From Callorhinchus milii (Eukaryota), in NCBI RefSeq assembly GCF_018977255.1, contig NW_024704743.1, forward strand, positions 46,812,001 through 46,876,000: DNA of 64,000 nucleotides, written 5' to 3'. The position numbers and the translations under genes were made by a program. The notes under the pieces are model-generated. The model worked only from the letters and a program-made list of their open reading frames with translations. It made no database searches and was not told the DNA's origin. This document shows, piece by piece, positions 1 through 12,589 of the stretch. How positions within the stretch are numbered: position 1 is the first letter of the stretch; every line of letters starts with the position of its first letter.

Positions 1-1539
1 ACTATGATTTCCATATATCCCAATACACATGGAAATTCCAGGGATAGATTGTTGGAATAGAATGTGCACTCTCTCCCTGGAGGGACCCATCCTGTTACAC
101 AATTTCGGAAAGTATTAGGTGCAGATTGGCAAGAAATAAGGTTTCGAGACCCCAGCGTGTGCGTATAGAGGTATGTAAGTTGTTAAAATATGATAGAAAT
201 ACTTATATATGTCAGGTTCAGTGTTGTGAAGAGCATATTTTAGATGACCACTAAGTTTTTTTTACGCAGTGTAATTAACAGTTGAATACCAGGAAAGGTG
301 ATGTAATCCGGGACATTGGACTCCTTTAAGAAATGATGTGAGACTATAATTGGTAGATTTGGTATTCTGAAACGGTGACATCAAGTGCTGAAAGTCCTTC
401 TTCATTTGAACCACTTGATGCTGAAACCAAGCTGTAAAGTTAGATGACTAATAGACATAATTGCTAGTATTCAAAAGACAATGGGAAATTAAACAGATAG
501 AAAAATGTGAAGAAATATACCTCAGGACTGGAAACCTTAATCAAGTGGTAAAACTGTAAAATGAATTTGGAGTGATTGTTGTACATTAACTAGATCTTTA
601 TCTAGATAAAGATTAACAGCTGGGAGAGATTCCCTGTTACATTAGTTACCAGCTTGGCAATATCACTTATGCTTCCTGTAATGAGAGTGGTTCTGGAAAA
701 AGATTACTTTGTATTTCCTCCCTTTATTGAGAACCATAAATCAACAGAAAATACACTAGGATTCATTTCAAAGGCTACCTGAATAAGCTGAGTGTTAGTT
801 GAATCCCATTGCAACTCTGTAAAAAGCAGTTCTTTGTGCATAGCAGTGATCGCATGACTAAGATTATTGGTAGCCTAAAATGTTCAGTCCCTACAGTCTT
901 TTTGACTGTAATTTCTTTCAGTTGTACACATCAAAGGGAATCCTGAGTACCATTCTATGTGGTGGGCAGAGTCACGGGTGATTGCTATATGACCGAGTGC
1001 TAAAATTGACACTATGTTAAACCATTGAAAAACACTGAACTGGTGCAGAAAGATGTTTTCTACAATTACAGAAAGGTTTTGCAGTGCGTCTTCTTCTTTC
1101 CTTCAATAATTCTTCATTTCAAGTAATTCAGTTTTGTATTTGAAATCATTTGGTACTGAACAGTCTCCACTCCTTCTTTCAATGTCGTTCTCCCCTTGTA
1201 CCTCTAGCCAAGAGGGCAGCACATTGGATTATAAACTTGTGCATAACTTTTATTACTTCCGTGTATTTCTTTTGTCAGAGGTTCAGTTAGAGAGGGATTT
1301 TAATAAATGCTATTTTTCTTATGGTCTTCCTATGTGGAATTCCTTGCTGGCACAGTTTTAATTAACTCAAGGATCTGGATTCAACGATATTGTATAAACA
1401 TGCTTTATGTTTTTTGCCCAGCCCTATGTTATTTCTGGGGTTGAGGGGTGACGACAGTTTTATGTAAATGCTCTCTAATTCACAGTGCTAGTCGAGCAAA
1501 TATTTTTAGAATATTGTATAAACAAGACAAGTAGATTGC

Positions 1540-1690
1540 AGGATTACATTGCTAAATCAATTGAGTTCATATTCTGAGGGGTCAGGGTGAAGTTATATAA
1601 TGCTCTGGTCAGTCTGCACCTGGAGTTCTGCCTACAGTTCTATTTGTCATGACCTAGAGATGGTGCAGTGAAGAGCAACGAAGATGAGGA
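1540..1690 (+). mobile_element. CR1-type LINE RT fragment, decayed
   Basis: Translates to ...LYNALVSLHLEFCLQF, a degenerate CR1 LYKxLVRPHLEYCVQF motif. Confidence 0.65.
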
Positions 1691-1734
1691 AAGAACAAAG
1701 ACCAACAATGTGACAAGTGGATGTGTATTACATC

Positions 1735-1968
1735 ACGGCTTCAAGACGTCTCAAAGTGCTTCACAGAATATACTGTAAAGTGAATTGACCGTATATTTTG
1801 TGTGCAAAGCATGGCAGACAATTGCGCACAGCAGTGTTCCCCACAAACAGTCGTGGATTGAGTGACCAATTTTTTTTTAGGAATTATTACCCCCAGAAAA
1901 GCGATCCGCTAATCGACTAACAACCATCTTCCTACTTACTGCTAGGTAAACAGAGGCGTGTGGAGTAA
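1735..1968 (-). mobile_element. tRNA-derived SINE, long-body variant, interrupted by L2
   Basis: Shares tail and body with the full SINE copies; stops at ...ggcgtgtggagtaa where the L2 (CAA)n tail begins. Confidence 0.8.
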
Positions 1969-3293
1969 CAACAACAACAACAAAATTACATTTATAGAGC
2001 GCCTTTCATGTCGGGAGGACATCCCAAAGCGCTGAACAGTCAGGTGTCGGGGCCCGAGCATAGGGGAGGGGTGAGGGGAGGCAGAGAGGTGGGAGAGAGA
2101 CCAAAGGCACGGTTGAAGAGAAGGGTCTTGAGACCGGCCTTGAAGGAGACAAGGGAGGAAGCGAGGTGAAGGGACCATGGGATGGAGTTCCAGAGTGTGG
2201 GGGCACAGAGGCTGAAAGCCCGGCCACCAATGGTAGGGCGGATTGGGCGGGAGACATGGAGCAGGCCGGAGCCCGCTGAACGGAAGGAGAGGGCAGGTTG
2301 GTAGGGAGTCAGCAGGTCAGAGAGATAGGAGCGAGCAAGGCCATGGATTGCCCTAAAGGTGAGGACAAGGATCTTGAACTCGATCCTCTGGGGGATGGGG
2401 AGCCAGTGGAGTCAGACGAAGGTGGGAATGATGGGGTCACGGAGCCTGGTGTGTGAGAGTACACGAGCTGCAGAGCTTTGGATGACCTGCAGCTTGTGAA
2501 GGGAAGAGTTGGGAAGGCCGATGAGGAGGGAGTTCCTGGAATCAAGCCTTGAGGTGACGAATGGTGGGTGAGGGTTTCGGCAGCCTGAGGGGTGAGACAG
2601 TGACGGAGTCTGGCAATGTTGTGGAGGTGGTGGTAGGCAGTGCCTGGTCATGGCGCGGATGTGGGGGAGAAAGGACAGTTCAGGGTCAAACAAGATACCC
2701 AAGTTCCTGACTGGCTTAGTGAGGTTGAGTGTGCAGCCGTGGAGGCTGATGCTGCCAGCGCCTTTGGTGCGGAGTCGCTGGTGCGAGCCAATCAGGAGGG
2801 CTTCGGTCTTGCTGACATTGAGTTGGAGTTAGTTGACCCTCATCCAGGACTTGATGTCGGACAGGCAGTCGCTCAGGACGCCAGTACTCCTGGAGTTCAG
2901 GGTGGAGGCAGAGAGAGAGAGAGTTGGATGTCATCCGCATACATGTGGAAATTTACCCCATGTCTATGGATGACATCACCAAAGGGGAGCATGTGAAGAG
3001 GAGGGGACAGAGGACAGAGCCCTGAGAACACCACACGAGACAGTGTGGGGGCTGGAGGAGAAGGCGTTTGCCGCGACGAAGTGGAGGCGGTATGAAAGGT
3101 AGGGCCTGAACCAGTCAAGGACAGAACCTTGAAGTTTGAGATGGGAAGAGAGGCAGTGGAGGAGGATTGAGTGGTTCACTGTGTCAAAGGCGGCGGAGAG
3201 GTCGAGGAGGACGAGGAGGCAGAGGTAGCCCTGGTCACACATGGTCAGGTTGTCGTTTGTGACCTTGACCAGAGCAGTTTCCGTGCTGTGGGC
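1969..3293 (-). mobile_element. L2-clade LINE, 5'-truncated (RT + 3'UTR)
   Basis: Frameshifted RT motifs LVLLDLSAAFDTVNH, FHMYADD, FVTSRLD; 3' stem-loop and (TTG)n tail. Confidence 0.92.
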
Positions 3294-4489
3294 AAACTTT
3301 GATATAAGGGCAAACGAAAAGGGGAGTGCTCAGTCTAACACTAAAACTAAACTCTAAAATATTCAGTGGACTATTGTGCAGTTGACCACAATTAAATCAT
3401 CCAAACATCAGGGGTGTCATTGTGCAGGGGTGTCTGGCAGTTCACATGGAATGCAAGCTGGCAGAGAGATACTGTCAGATGTTCAAATTGCTTCCCCCCC
3501 CACCCCCGCCACAGAATACTGCATAACATGGGGGAGGAAATACAAAAATAATTTTTGGTATCTAATTTTCAGACTATGTGGCACTGTGGTTTTGTTTTAT
3601 TTCTGATAGGATTTTGAAATCATGCAGAATGGTTGGAGAAGTGTGATCTGCTTTCTTTGTTGTGCACAAACAGAATTATGGCAATAAGACTGTTTGGGAT
3701 CTAAAATTAATTAACTCTCCAGTTATCTTTTTATTCATTGGTCCTGAAGTGTTGTCCAGTTTGCAGTGAATATTTTACTCAATTGTAGTGATTATAGTTG
3801 CTTTTGACTCAAGGAATGCATTACAATATGTCCGTTAGGTGGGTGTGAAATGGTTCTGCAATTAGAAAAGATTTGGCATACTGTGTTTGATAGCCAAAAA
3901 GACAGCATGCTGGAGGTTAACCACGTAAAATACTAGTGACAAATTAAGTCTTATTGTTTTTAAAGACATTTCAGAATATTTTGCTTTGCCTGATGATTTC
4001 TGTAAATCAAGTTTATCGGTTTTGATGGTGAATATTGAGTGGAATAATAGAAATGTACAGGGCAATGGGGAGAAAAAAANCTTCTATTTACTATGTTTTG
4101 GTTTCAAGATTGGTTTGGGAAAAGAAAGGCAACTTTTGTATTAGTCCAGACAAGTTTGTATCCGAGGATGCTCCTGTTTTAAATGCTGCAGCTCTAAATT
4201 TTTGAAAACCTAATGAGTTGTTTATCCTTGTAAAAGAGAAGATTCTTCGTTTTTTAAAAAAAAATGCACTCTTGTTCACAGTAGCTGGAAATGCTCTATG
4301 AATGCTGAGCAGCTGAGCTTTCTTTGTATGAACTAAATGTTACGCCTGGTCAGCAGCTACTTTTGACCTGAGCCAGTGTCTGGAAGTTGGTAGCAGGCCG
4401 ACAGCAATATGGCACCATTCCCAGAACAACCTCAGTTACTTCTCAGATCAGTCCAACTTGCTGTTATTGGTTCCCAAAATATATTGCAC

Positions 4490-5120
4490 AGGGGTGCCAG
4501 GTTCGATCCCCAGCTTCCCTTTATACCACACCAGGTTCTCTGACCAAGATCGCTTTTTTCCACCTCCGCCACGTTGCCCGTCTCCGTCCTTACCTCAAAA
4601 CCGACGCATCTGAAACCCTCATCCACACCTTTGTCACTTCCCAGCTGGACTATTCCAATGCCCTAACCCCAGCTCCACCATACACAAAATCCAATTAATT
4701 CAAAACTGCCACCTGGATACTCACCTGCACAGAACTCCATTCCCCATCACACCAGTCCTTGCCAGGCTCTACTGGCTCCCAATTACCGAACAGATCAATT
4801 TCAAGATCCTCTCACTCGTTTGCAAATCACTTAATTCCCTCACACCTCCCTACCTATCCGACCTGCTTACCCACCATTCCATCACCCGCTGCCTCTGCTC
4901 GGCTGGCCTTCTATTTGTCCCTTGTGCACTCCAATCCACCATCAGTGGCTGTGCCTTCAGCCACAACGCACTGAAACTCTTTCCCTCAATCCCTCCGCCG
5001 TGGCCCCTTCCTCTCTACCTTCAAATCCCGCTTATAGATCTTCCTTTTTGATTGTGCTTATGGTCATCTATCCCCTCCCTCCCCCTGTGGCTCTTTGTCA
5101 GACTCTGCCACTGTGAAGTG
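4490..5120 (+). mobile_element. L2 LINE 3' fragment, older
   Basis: FFHLRHVARLRPYL...ETLIHTFVTSQLDYSNAL, typical of the L2 ORF2 C-terminus. Confidence 0.85.
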
Positions 5121-5319
5121 TTGTAATATTAAATATAAGGATGTGTAGATGTTGTGAAGTTCACAAATTAAAATGAACTAGAATGGTCCTGATATAATTT
5201 TGACTTGACTGTTACTTCTCAGTTCTGTATAAAGAGAGCACATTGTTGTATCTTTGCTCAGTGAACTCCTGTATTCATGTTCATAATTCTTATTAGTCTG
5301 GGTCAGGAGAAGGAAGGAG

Positions 5320-5850
5320 ATGGGGGGAAGGAGGGTAATGCTTTGGGGGGGAGGAGGGTAATGCTTTGGGTGGGGGTATGAGGGAGATGTTTGGGGGGAG
5401 GAGGGGGATGATGTGGGGGGGAGGAGGGGGATGATGTGGGGGGAGGAGGGGGATGATGTGGGGGGAGGAGGGGGATGATGTGGGGGGAGGAGGGGGGGGG
5501 GGGGGGGGATGATGGGGGGGAGGAGGGGGATGATGTGGGGGGGAGGAGGGGGATGATGTGGGGGGAGGAGGGGGATGATGTGGGGGGAGGAGGGGATGAT
5601 GTGGGGGGGGAGGAGGGGGATTCTAGAGTGGGGGAGGAGGGGGATTCTAGAGTGGGGGGAGGAGGGGGATGCTAGAGGGGGGGGAGGAGGGAGATGCTAG
5701 AGGGGGAGGAAGTGGATACTATGGAGGGGAGGGGGATGCTATGGAGGGGAGGGGGATGCTAGAGGGGGAAGCTATGGGGGGGAGGAGGGGGATGATAAGG
5801 AGGGGAGGTGAGGAGGAGGAGATGGAGGAGGAAGAGGTGAGGGGGAGGAA
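5320..5850 (+). repeat. G-rich minisatellite, ~22-23 bp unit GGGGGGGAGGAGGGGGATGATGT
   Basis: Near-perfect tandem units at 5390-5620 with degenerate units on both sides. Confidence 0.9.
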
Positions 5851-5854
5851 GATA

Positions 5855-6230
5855 AGCAACAACAACTTGGATTTATATAGCGCCCTCCAAACTGGACGGC
5901 GTCTCAGAGCGCTTTACAGTAACGGATCCCGGGGCCAAGCCAGGGGGAGGGAGGGGAAGGTGACCAAAGGCGCGGTCGAAAAGAAAGGTCTTCGGCAGCG
6001 ACCTGAAATTGGGAAGGAAGGGAGCGAGACGAAGGGAGTGAGGAAGGCAGTTCCAGAGCCTCGGGGCATAGTGGCTGAAGGCACGGCCGCTGAGGGTGGA
6101 GCAGAGGACTCGGGGGACAAGGAGGAGGCCTGACCCGGGTACTGGTACTGTACGGGTACTGTTTTGAGGAGAGGAGTGCAGGGACTTGAATATAAGGATG
6201 AGGATCTTGAAATCGATCCTCTCTGGGATC
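5855..6230 (-). mobile_element. L2 LINE 3' end, second subfamily
   Basis: PERIDFKIL...GRAFSHYAPRLWN; tail ...GGCGCTATATAAATCCAAG(TTG)n, same type as the copy at 46963-48712. Confidence 0.88.
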
Positions 6231-7466
6231 GATGGAGGAGAGAGGGGGGGAGAGGGGAGGAGGAAGATATGTGTGCAGGAGAACAATATGGGAGGGGGGG
6301 GGGGAGAGAGAGCGGAAAGAATGCAGGTGGCCAAAGTGCGATTGTGAGAAGATTTGTGTAATGTTGATATGGAGTTGGTTAAATCATGCATGCGTAGTGC
6401 AGCCCATGGGCAAAGGGTCCACAGAACACCCGCTTTATGAGCCATAACTGGACTACATTTGTAAGATTTTGTTTGTTTCCAATATTGGACTAAATTGGTA
6501 ATTATATTTTTTTATGTATTAAATTGTGAGGTTATGGGAGTTTGATACTTGTTGGAATCCAGTCAAACCCAGAATGGATCAATACTCATTTGATACAACA
6601 ACAATGCTTTTAGTGTAACTGAAGGGACATGATGACATGTGTCTGTGTTCAATAAGTAATGAATTGTTGGTGAAAGGGCTGTAGGAACAAGTAGCTTAGT
6701 TTGATAGCAAATTGATGATATTCATTGGGATCTCACAACAGGAAAGAAAGGTTTGTCAGGACTATGTGTAGGAGGCTTGTTTCCAATCGCGTAAGAAGAA
6801 AAAGTTGAAAACACTTAAATTATTCCAAGGCTCCCAAAAACTCAGAGGAAGAATAATTGTACAATTGCAGGAGAGGATACGGGCTGTAACGTTCTGTACG
6901 GGGTGGAATTGGGTAGGCAGGTGAGCAGGGCATTGTAAAAGTCGAATAGGGAGGTGACAAAGTTGAAGAATAAAATGCTGAGCTTCCACACAAATACAAT
7001 TATTATTCCTATTCCAACAACAACAACTTGCATTTCTTTAGCGCTCTTCACAAAAGTAGCATCTCGGAGCACTTAACAGCAATGTGGTTTGACACAGAAG
7101 TGGAAAGCGAGAGGAGTTGATTGGAGTCGCATCGGAAGAGGAAAGTCTTTAGATGTGATTTGACGAGAGGCAAAGAGGGAGCAAGGTGGAGAGATTAAGG
7201 CAGAGAATTCCATTTTCTTTGCAAATGTTTGTAAAATCTCCCTCCCCACACACACACTCACAGTAATGGTGGATTTCTTCCACTTAAGTACATTTTTTAT
7301 TTCACAGATCCTCATTATGCTCACCTTAGCTAATGAGGTATTTTGCAAGTTCTAGCTGTATCTCATCCTCAGTTGTGAGAAGCTGTGAATTGACTTCCCA
7401 CGGAGTCCTGTATCAATCACTTGATAACATTTGCCTGTGAAGTTCTTTCAGACATTTTGGTATTGT

Positions 7467-7780
7467 GGAGTCCTGCAGCTCAGTGGCTTGAGCACTCGCC
7501 TTGCAAGCCAGACACCTGGGTTCAATTCCAGGCAGGGCGAAACCTTGGGCAAGTTTCCTTACTCCACACGCCTAATAATAATCCCTCCAAAAACAAAAAA
7601 AAGATAAATTGGTCATTTTCAATCCACGACTGTTTGTGGGACACTGCTGTGTGCAATTGGCTGCCACGTTTCGCCCACAAATATATGGTTTATTCACTTT
7701 GCAGTCTATTCTGTGAAGCGCTTTGAGACGTCAAGAAGACGTAAAAAGCACTATATCAAATGCAAGGATTATTATTATTA
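7467..7780 (+). mobile_element. Full-length tRNA-derived SINE
   Basis: Head with A box (AGCTCAGTGG), TTGCAA anticodon-like loop and B box (GGTTCAATTCC); Deu-like body; L2-like tail and (ATT)n. Confidence 0.92.
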
Positions 7781-7929
7781 TGCAGACTGGTTGGCAGCTG
7801 TGAGTGCTTAATAATTGTTCATCCTCAGACAAGGGACTTGGACTCTCCAGCTATGTTAAATGAGTGAGATTCTGATTTTTAGTTCTTTATGGTACAACTG
7901 ATCTATCAATTATTAATTATGCCTGTATA

Positions 7930-8640
7930 GAAACTTTCAAAAACATTAAAGCTCATGCAATGAATGGCAAATTATGAAATTGGATGGAAAATTGGCTTAG
8001 CAATAGATAACAGAAGGCGATGATAAATGGTGGAAACAGCCTGGGGCAGCAACAAGCAGTTCTGCAAAGGTCCGTGCTGAATCCTTTGCTGTTCACACTA
8101 TCATAAATAACTTAAAGGAGTGCATTTATAACATTACAGTATTTGCTGGCAAGACTAAACTGTGGGGAAAAGTAAATTTACATAGATTTACATAGATTAT
8201 ACAGCATGGAAACAGGCGATTCAGCCAACCTAGTCCATGTCGATGTTTATACTCCACATGAGTCTCCACCCAATCCTAAATCTCTCCCATACCCTCCTAT
8301 TCCCGTCTCCCTTATCTGTATATCAATCATGCACAAGACTAGAAAATGAATGTACAAAGATCATACCCAATTAAGTCAAACAACTAAAAGTGGTAGATGG
8401 ATACAATATTAATTTGAACAAATGGAAAGTGAGGCATAGTGAACCATGTCCACAATGCATGTATGTGTCACATTAGCAGAAGGTATAATTATTGATCATG
8501 CATCAAAGGTTTCCAGTCAGTGTAGCTGCTGTTAAAAATGGTATTCAGTTGCATCACAAGGATATCTAACTAAAAGTCCAACAACAGTATTCTAACCTTG
8601 TATATATCATTTGGATTACCTGGTGAAAATTGCAGAATTT
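7930..8640 (+). mobile_element. CR1-type LINE RT fragment with a nested minus-strand CR1 3' end (~8180-8330)
   Basis: Degenerate W(M)ENWL.NR.Q, GSVL.PLLF and FAGKTKL motifs with stops and frameshifts. Confidence 0.7.
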
Positions 8641-10244
8641 CATGTAATTATTAGTGGGTATTATTATTCCAATTAGTGGGACATGCAGTTTCTCCTAGTG
8701 TGAGGTGTAAGAGGAGGGGCATGTTATGAAATGAAACCCAGCAATCCTTAATTTACAGTCATATTAGACATGTGCCTCAGAACAGCCTTTTTGCATTGCA
8801 TCACGCTGCCAGATGCCATCTTTATTTTCCAGTCACCTTCATAATTTGAGGTCCTGTTGTTTTTCCAGGATATAGTATTAAATACAACTAAGAATTGATT
8901 TAGTTAATTTCACAGTGTACAAATCTTAATCTTATCAATACCGGAGAGAAGTAGATAATGCCTTAAGCATTGCATATTTTGCTTTCATAGAGATAGTCCT
9001 ATTTTGGATAGGGGGAAGAATTTTTAAAAAATCTATACTGTTGCAACTACTGCTTAGAAGTCAATTAACTTTACTGGTAAATGCCAACAAAACTTTGAAA
9101 CAGATATATTTATGTAATCGGAAGAAAGTGACAGCTATAAAAGGTTTACTTTATAGGTTATTTTTCCAAAAGCCAAGAATTGAGATTGTCAGGCAAAGCA
9201 ATAGTCTCAAGATTGTGGCTTCTGAGAATCAATAGAAGGAACTTTACTGAGAAATCAATTTTTCCAATTAGTGGGTCGTGGATGCCCAGTGGGACATGCA
9301 ATTTCTCTTACTGTGAGCTGCAGGACGAGGGGGACTTAATTAAGTCAAGAGAGCTTCTTCAGAGGCAGACTTGACTCCTTATTCCATATTAATATCGCAC
9401 AGTCTACTGAAGGTGTTACTTTTCAACTTGACTCAATACAGCATGTTCAATTTTTTTGGCTTTTTTCCTTTCGCCCCCCACCTCCCCCCAACCCCCCACA
9501 ATCTTCTTTTTCTTTGCAAATGCAAACATTTAGCACTAATCAATCAAACACAACATTTAAATGATCTTAACAAGATTTATCTGCTGCAGTCAGCAGACAA
9601 ATGTTGTCCTCATTTCCACCCCAGGGGAGAGGATACTTTTGAACTGTGGCTGAATAATGAAACCAGCAGAGTGCTGAAATAGCTGGAAATCAATGCACAC
9701 TGCATGATCTAATGGCAGGAATGCAAGTCACCATTGTGGGAATTTCTTGAATATTCCTCTTCAATCATGAAAAGGATAATGTATACTTTTCTTTTAAAAA
9801 TAACTTGCTATGTGTTTTTTTTATACAGCTTCTAATTTACTCTGATTTTACAGATTGCTTTATAAGGGAAAAAATGCCAATTCATTTTTGACTGGGTGCA
9901 ATGTATAATTCATTTTGATTGAGGTGGCTTTATGTCGACACAGACTCTTAATTTTGAAGTGCTGACTCCAGGTGGAATCAATATATTGAGCCCAAAAGGA
10001 AATTATTGGCAAAAAGGGCAGAATTCTTGAAAAATAGTGCCTTCATTTCCAAGGGATTGTTATTTCTTTGAGGAATTTTTACATCTTGCCATTCACTATT
10101 TGTACCCTTGATTCCTTATGATTTTCAGAGACTTTTGTGAGCCAAATCTGAAATGTACTCCAAATATTTTGTTATATAGCTGAAGGTTGATTACAACCAA
10201 TTATACAGTTTAAGTGTTTGGATCTACCAAAGAAAAGTTACAAC

Positions 10245-10440
10245 CAGCCTTATTCGCCAATGGTTTCTCTGCCAGCCCCCCCATAATCTTGTGTGGTGTT
10301 GTTAGAGGCTCTGACCTTGGTCCCCTCCTCTTCAACTTCTACATGGTCCAGCTTGGTGACGTCATCTGCAGACATGGCCTCGACTTCCACATGTATGCGG
10401 ATGACACCCAACTCTATCTCTCTACCTCCATCCTCGATTT
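10245..10440 (+). mobile_element. L2 RT fragment
   Basis: [13 protein letters not shown]...[13 protein letters not shown]. Confidence 0.85.
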
Positions 10441-10444
10441 TTGA

Positions 10445-10623
10445 AGGAATTCTTACCCCTGGTAAGAATTCGCCAAACGACTAACTACCGGGTTCCTACT
10501 TACTGCTAGATAAATGGAGGCGTATGGACTAAGGAAACTTGCCCAACATTTCGCCCTACTGAGAATAGAACCCAGGTCTCTCGGTTGCGAGGTGAGTGCT
10601 CTGACCATTGAGCTACAGGACTC
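10445..10623 (-). mobile_element. SINE 5' half, long-body variant
   Basis: tRNA-like head plus the extra ~65-bp body segment also seen at 1890 and 31980. Confidence 0.8.
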
Positions 10624-11339
10624 ATCACAATAGAATTAAGGCATGCTATTAAAAATGACTGCACATTGAACTCAATTGCCTGGAATTTCGTTATGCTCCA
10701 CTTCTATCATCGCTTCATTGAGGTTTTGGGTCAGATTTAAAAACTCCCGGTAAAGCATCAATAGGAGGTGGTTTTAAATCAGAAATGATTTGCATCAGCT
10801 TTTGTGCAAATGCAACAGATCCAACATTGATGACAAATATATTGTACAAAATCCTTTGTCACATTATAACCTTATGACACCAGTGTTAGAGAAAAGGGAA
10901 CAGCCTCACTTTTTTCTCTAACCACTGTGTTATAATGTGACAAAGGATTTTGTACAATATGTTTGTTGATGTGTAAGATTGTAAGATTGTGGTTTTAGAT
11001 CAGAAATGATTTGCATCAGCTTTTGTGCACCTGCAAAGATCCAGCATTGATGACTGGGCTTCACTTCTCTTTCTGACCACTGATGTTCTGATGTAATGAA
11101 TGATTTGTACAATATTTTTGGTGACACCTAAGTTAGTGTGCAAAGAATTTCAGTAATGTGAATGTATTGGTGTGTAATCTGGTAGCCTCTAAATCAGATG
11201 GTTGGGGGTTCAAGCCCTAAGATGGGACTTGGAATTTATATAGTCTATATAGACCCTTAATCCATGTTTTCATTACATCAGGAACTATATCAACTAACTG
11301 CTTGATTTCTGCCCCTCCCGAAATTAATTAACGGTCTGA

Positions 11340-11720
11340 GAATGTTTTATCGGTGATGGGGATGTCCAAGACAGTAATGCCTCAGGTAACCACCACGTCA
11401 AGGGGTGACCTGAATGCGGGTCGCAGAGGTAATGTGGAGGTAGAGAGAAGGGAGGAGAAGTCAGCAGAGGTGGAGCCAGAGAGGTTGAAGTGAAGGTTGA
11501 AGTTGCTCAGGATGAGGAGACGTTCAGCGCACAGGCTGAGGAAAGATAGAAGGGCAGTGATGTCAGAGACAAAAATGTTGAAAAGTTTGAGGGAGGAATG
11601 AGAGATGAGAATTTCAAAGCAAAGGAATGTTCAGGAGGACCAAGTGTAGACCACGAGATGAGAACCACAGTCGTGGGGTATGATGGAAGGTATAACCAGG
11701 CAAATGACATCAGCGAGAGG
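11340..11720 (-). mobile_element. L2 endonuclease-region fragment, decayed
   Basis: Minus strand gives LLILSNFNLH (APE GDFN motif variant); similar to 52430-52570. Confidence 0.6.
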
Positions 11721-11955
11721 AAAGGTGTTGCCAGAGTTGATGCCACCAACTGAGACAAGCTAACACCTAAATTGCCAGTGAACTTAATCCTGTGAAGTGC
11801 TTTGAGATATCTTCCCGAGGTGAAAGGAAATATCAGGATTGTTATTAACTTCTGACTTGCAATTCTCATTTGATTTGAATGTTTTATTGCCTGTATAAAT
11901 GTATGTTTTGGTATCAGGTTTATATAGTGTTTCTCTTGATCTTTTTGTTTCCAGA

Positions 11956-12114
11956 ATGGCTGCGGCTCCTCCCAGCTTCTGCTTTGTAGCTCTGCCACCT
12001 GCCACCGAAGCTGCATGTGTAATATTTGGGATAAACTCAGCAAGACCTAACAATGAAGTCCAGGAAGTAGTTTATTTTCCCACTACCTGTCATGAACCAG
12101 GATCCAAGGTTCAG
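11956..12114 (+). CDS. SCRN1: Secernin-1, coding exon 1 (contains start codon)
   Basis: Acceptor tttgtttccAG at 11953-54, ATG 11956, donor CAG|gtaagt at 12115. Encodes MAAAPPSFCFVALPP...NSARPNNEVQEVVYF...PGSKVQ, matching the SCRN1-type N-terminus (MAAAPPSYCF) rather than the SCD[T/C]F of SCRN2/3. Confidence 0.96.
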
Positions 12115-12164
12115 GTAAGTGATCTGTTTGTGATATTACACCTTGAACGACTGCATAGTCTGCA

Positions 12165-12480
12165 AATAATAATAATAATCCTTGCATTTGATATAGTGCT
12201 TTTCAGGTCGGGAGGATGTCCCAAAGCGCTTCACAGAACACACTGTAAAGTGAATTGACTGTATACTTGTGGGCGAACGCGGCAGCCAATTGCACACAGC
12301 AACGTCCCACAAACAGTCGTAGATTGAAAATGACCAATTTATTATTGTTTTTGGTTTTGGAGGGATTATTATTAGGCGTGTGGAGTAAGCAAACTTGCCC
12401 AAGGTTTCGCCCTGCCTGGAATTGAACTCAAGTCTCTCACTTGCAAAGCGAGTGCTCTAACCACTGAGCTACAGGACTCC
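12165..12480 (-). mobile_element. Full-length tRNA-derived SINE
   Basis: Near-identical to 47453-47756 and 61073-61383. Confidence 0.93.
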
Positions 12481-12589
12481 AAATCAGCAAAGCTGCATTC
12501 CTTGATCCTAGTATATTCTAGACCAGCGCAGCACCTACTCATTATAATCTCAAATATTTTGATGACCTTTCCTGTTTAATTTTTAGATG

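Noticed and set aside
5475..6133. Gly/Glu-rich ORFs (66 and 154 aa)
   Set aside because: Translations of the G-rich minisatellite and the antisense strand of an L2 end.
7467..7540. tRNA-Ala-like gene (also at the other SINE heads)
   Set aside because: Runs straight into SINE body and tail and has no proper acceptor stem; SINE head, not a tRNA gene.
1..11900. SCRN1 promoter and non-coding first exon
   Set aside because: No CpG island or convincing exon visible; probably upstream of the window, cannot be placed without transcripts.
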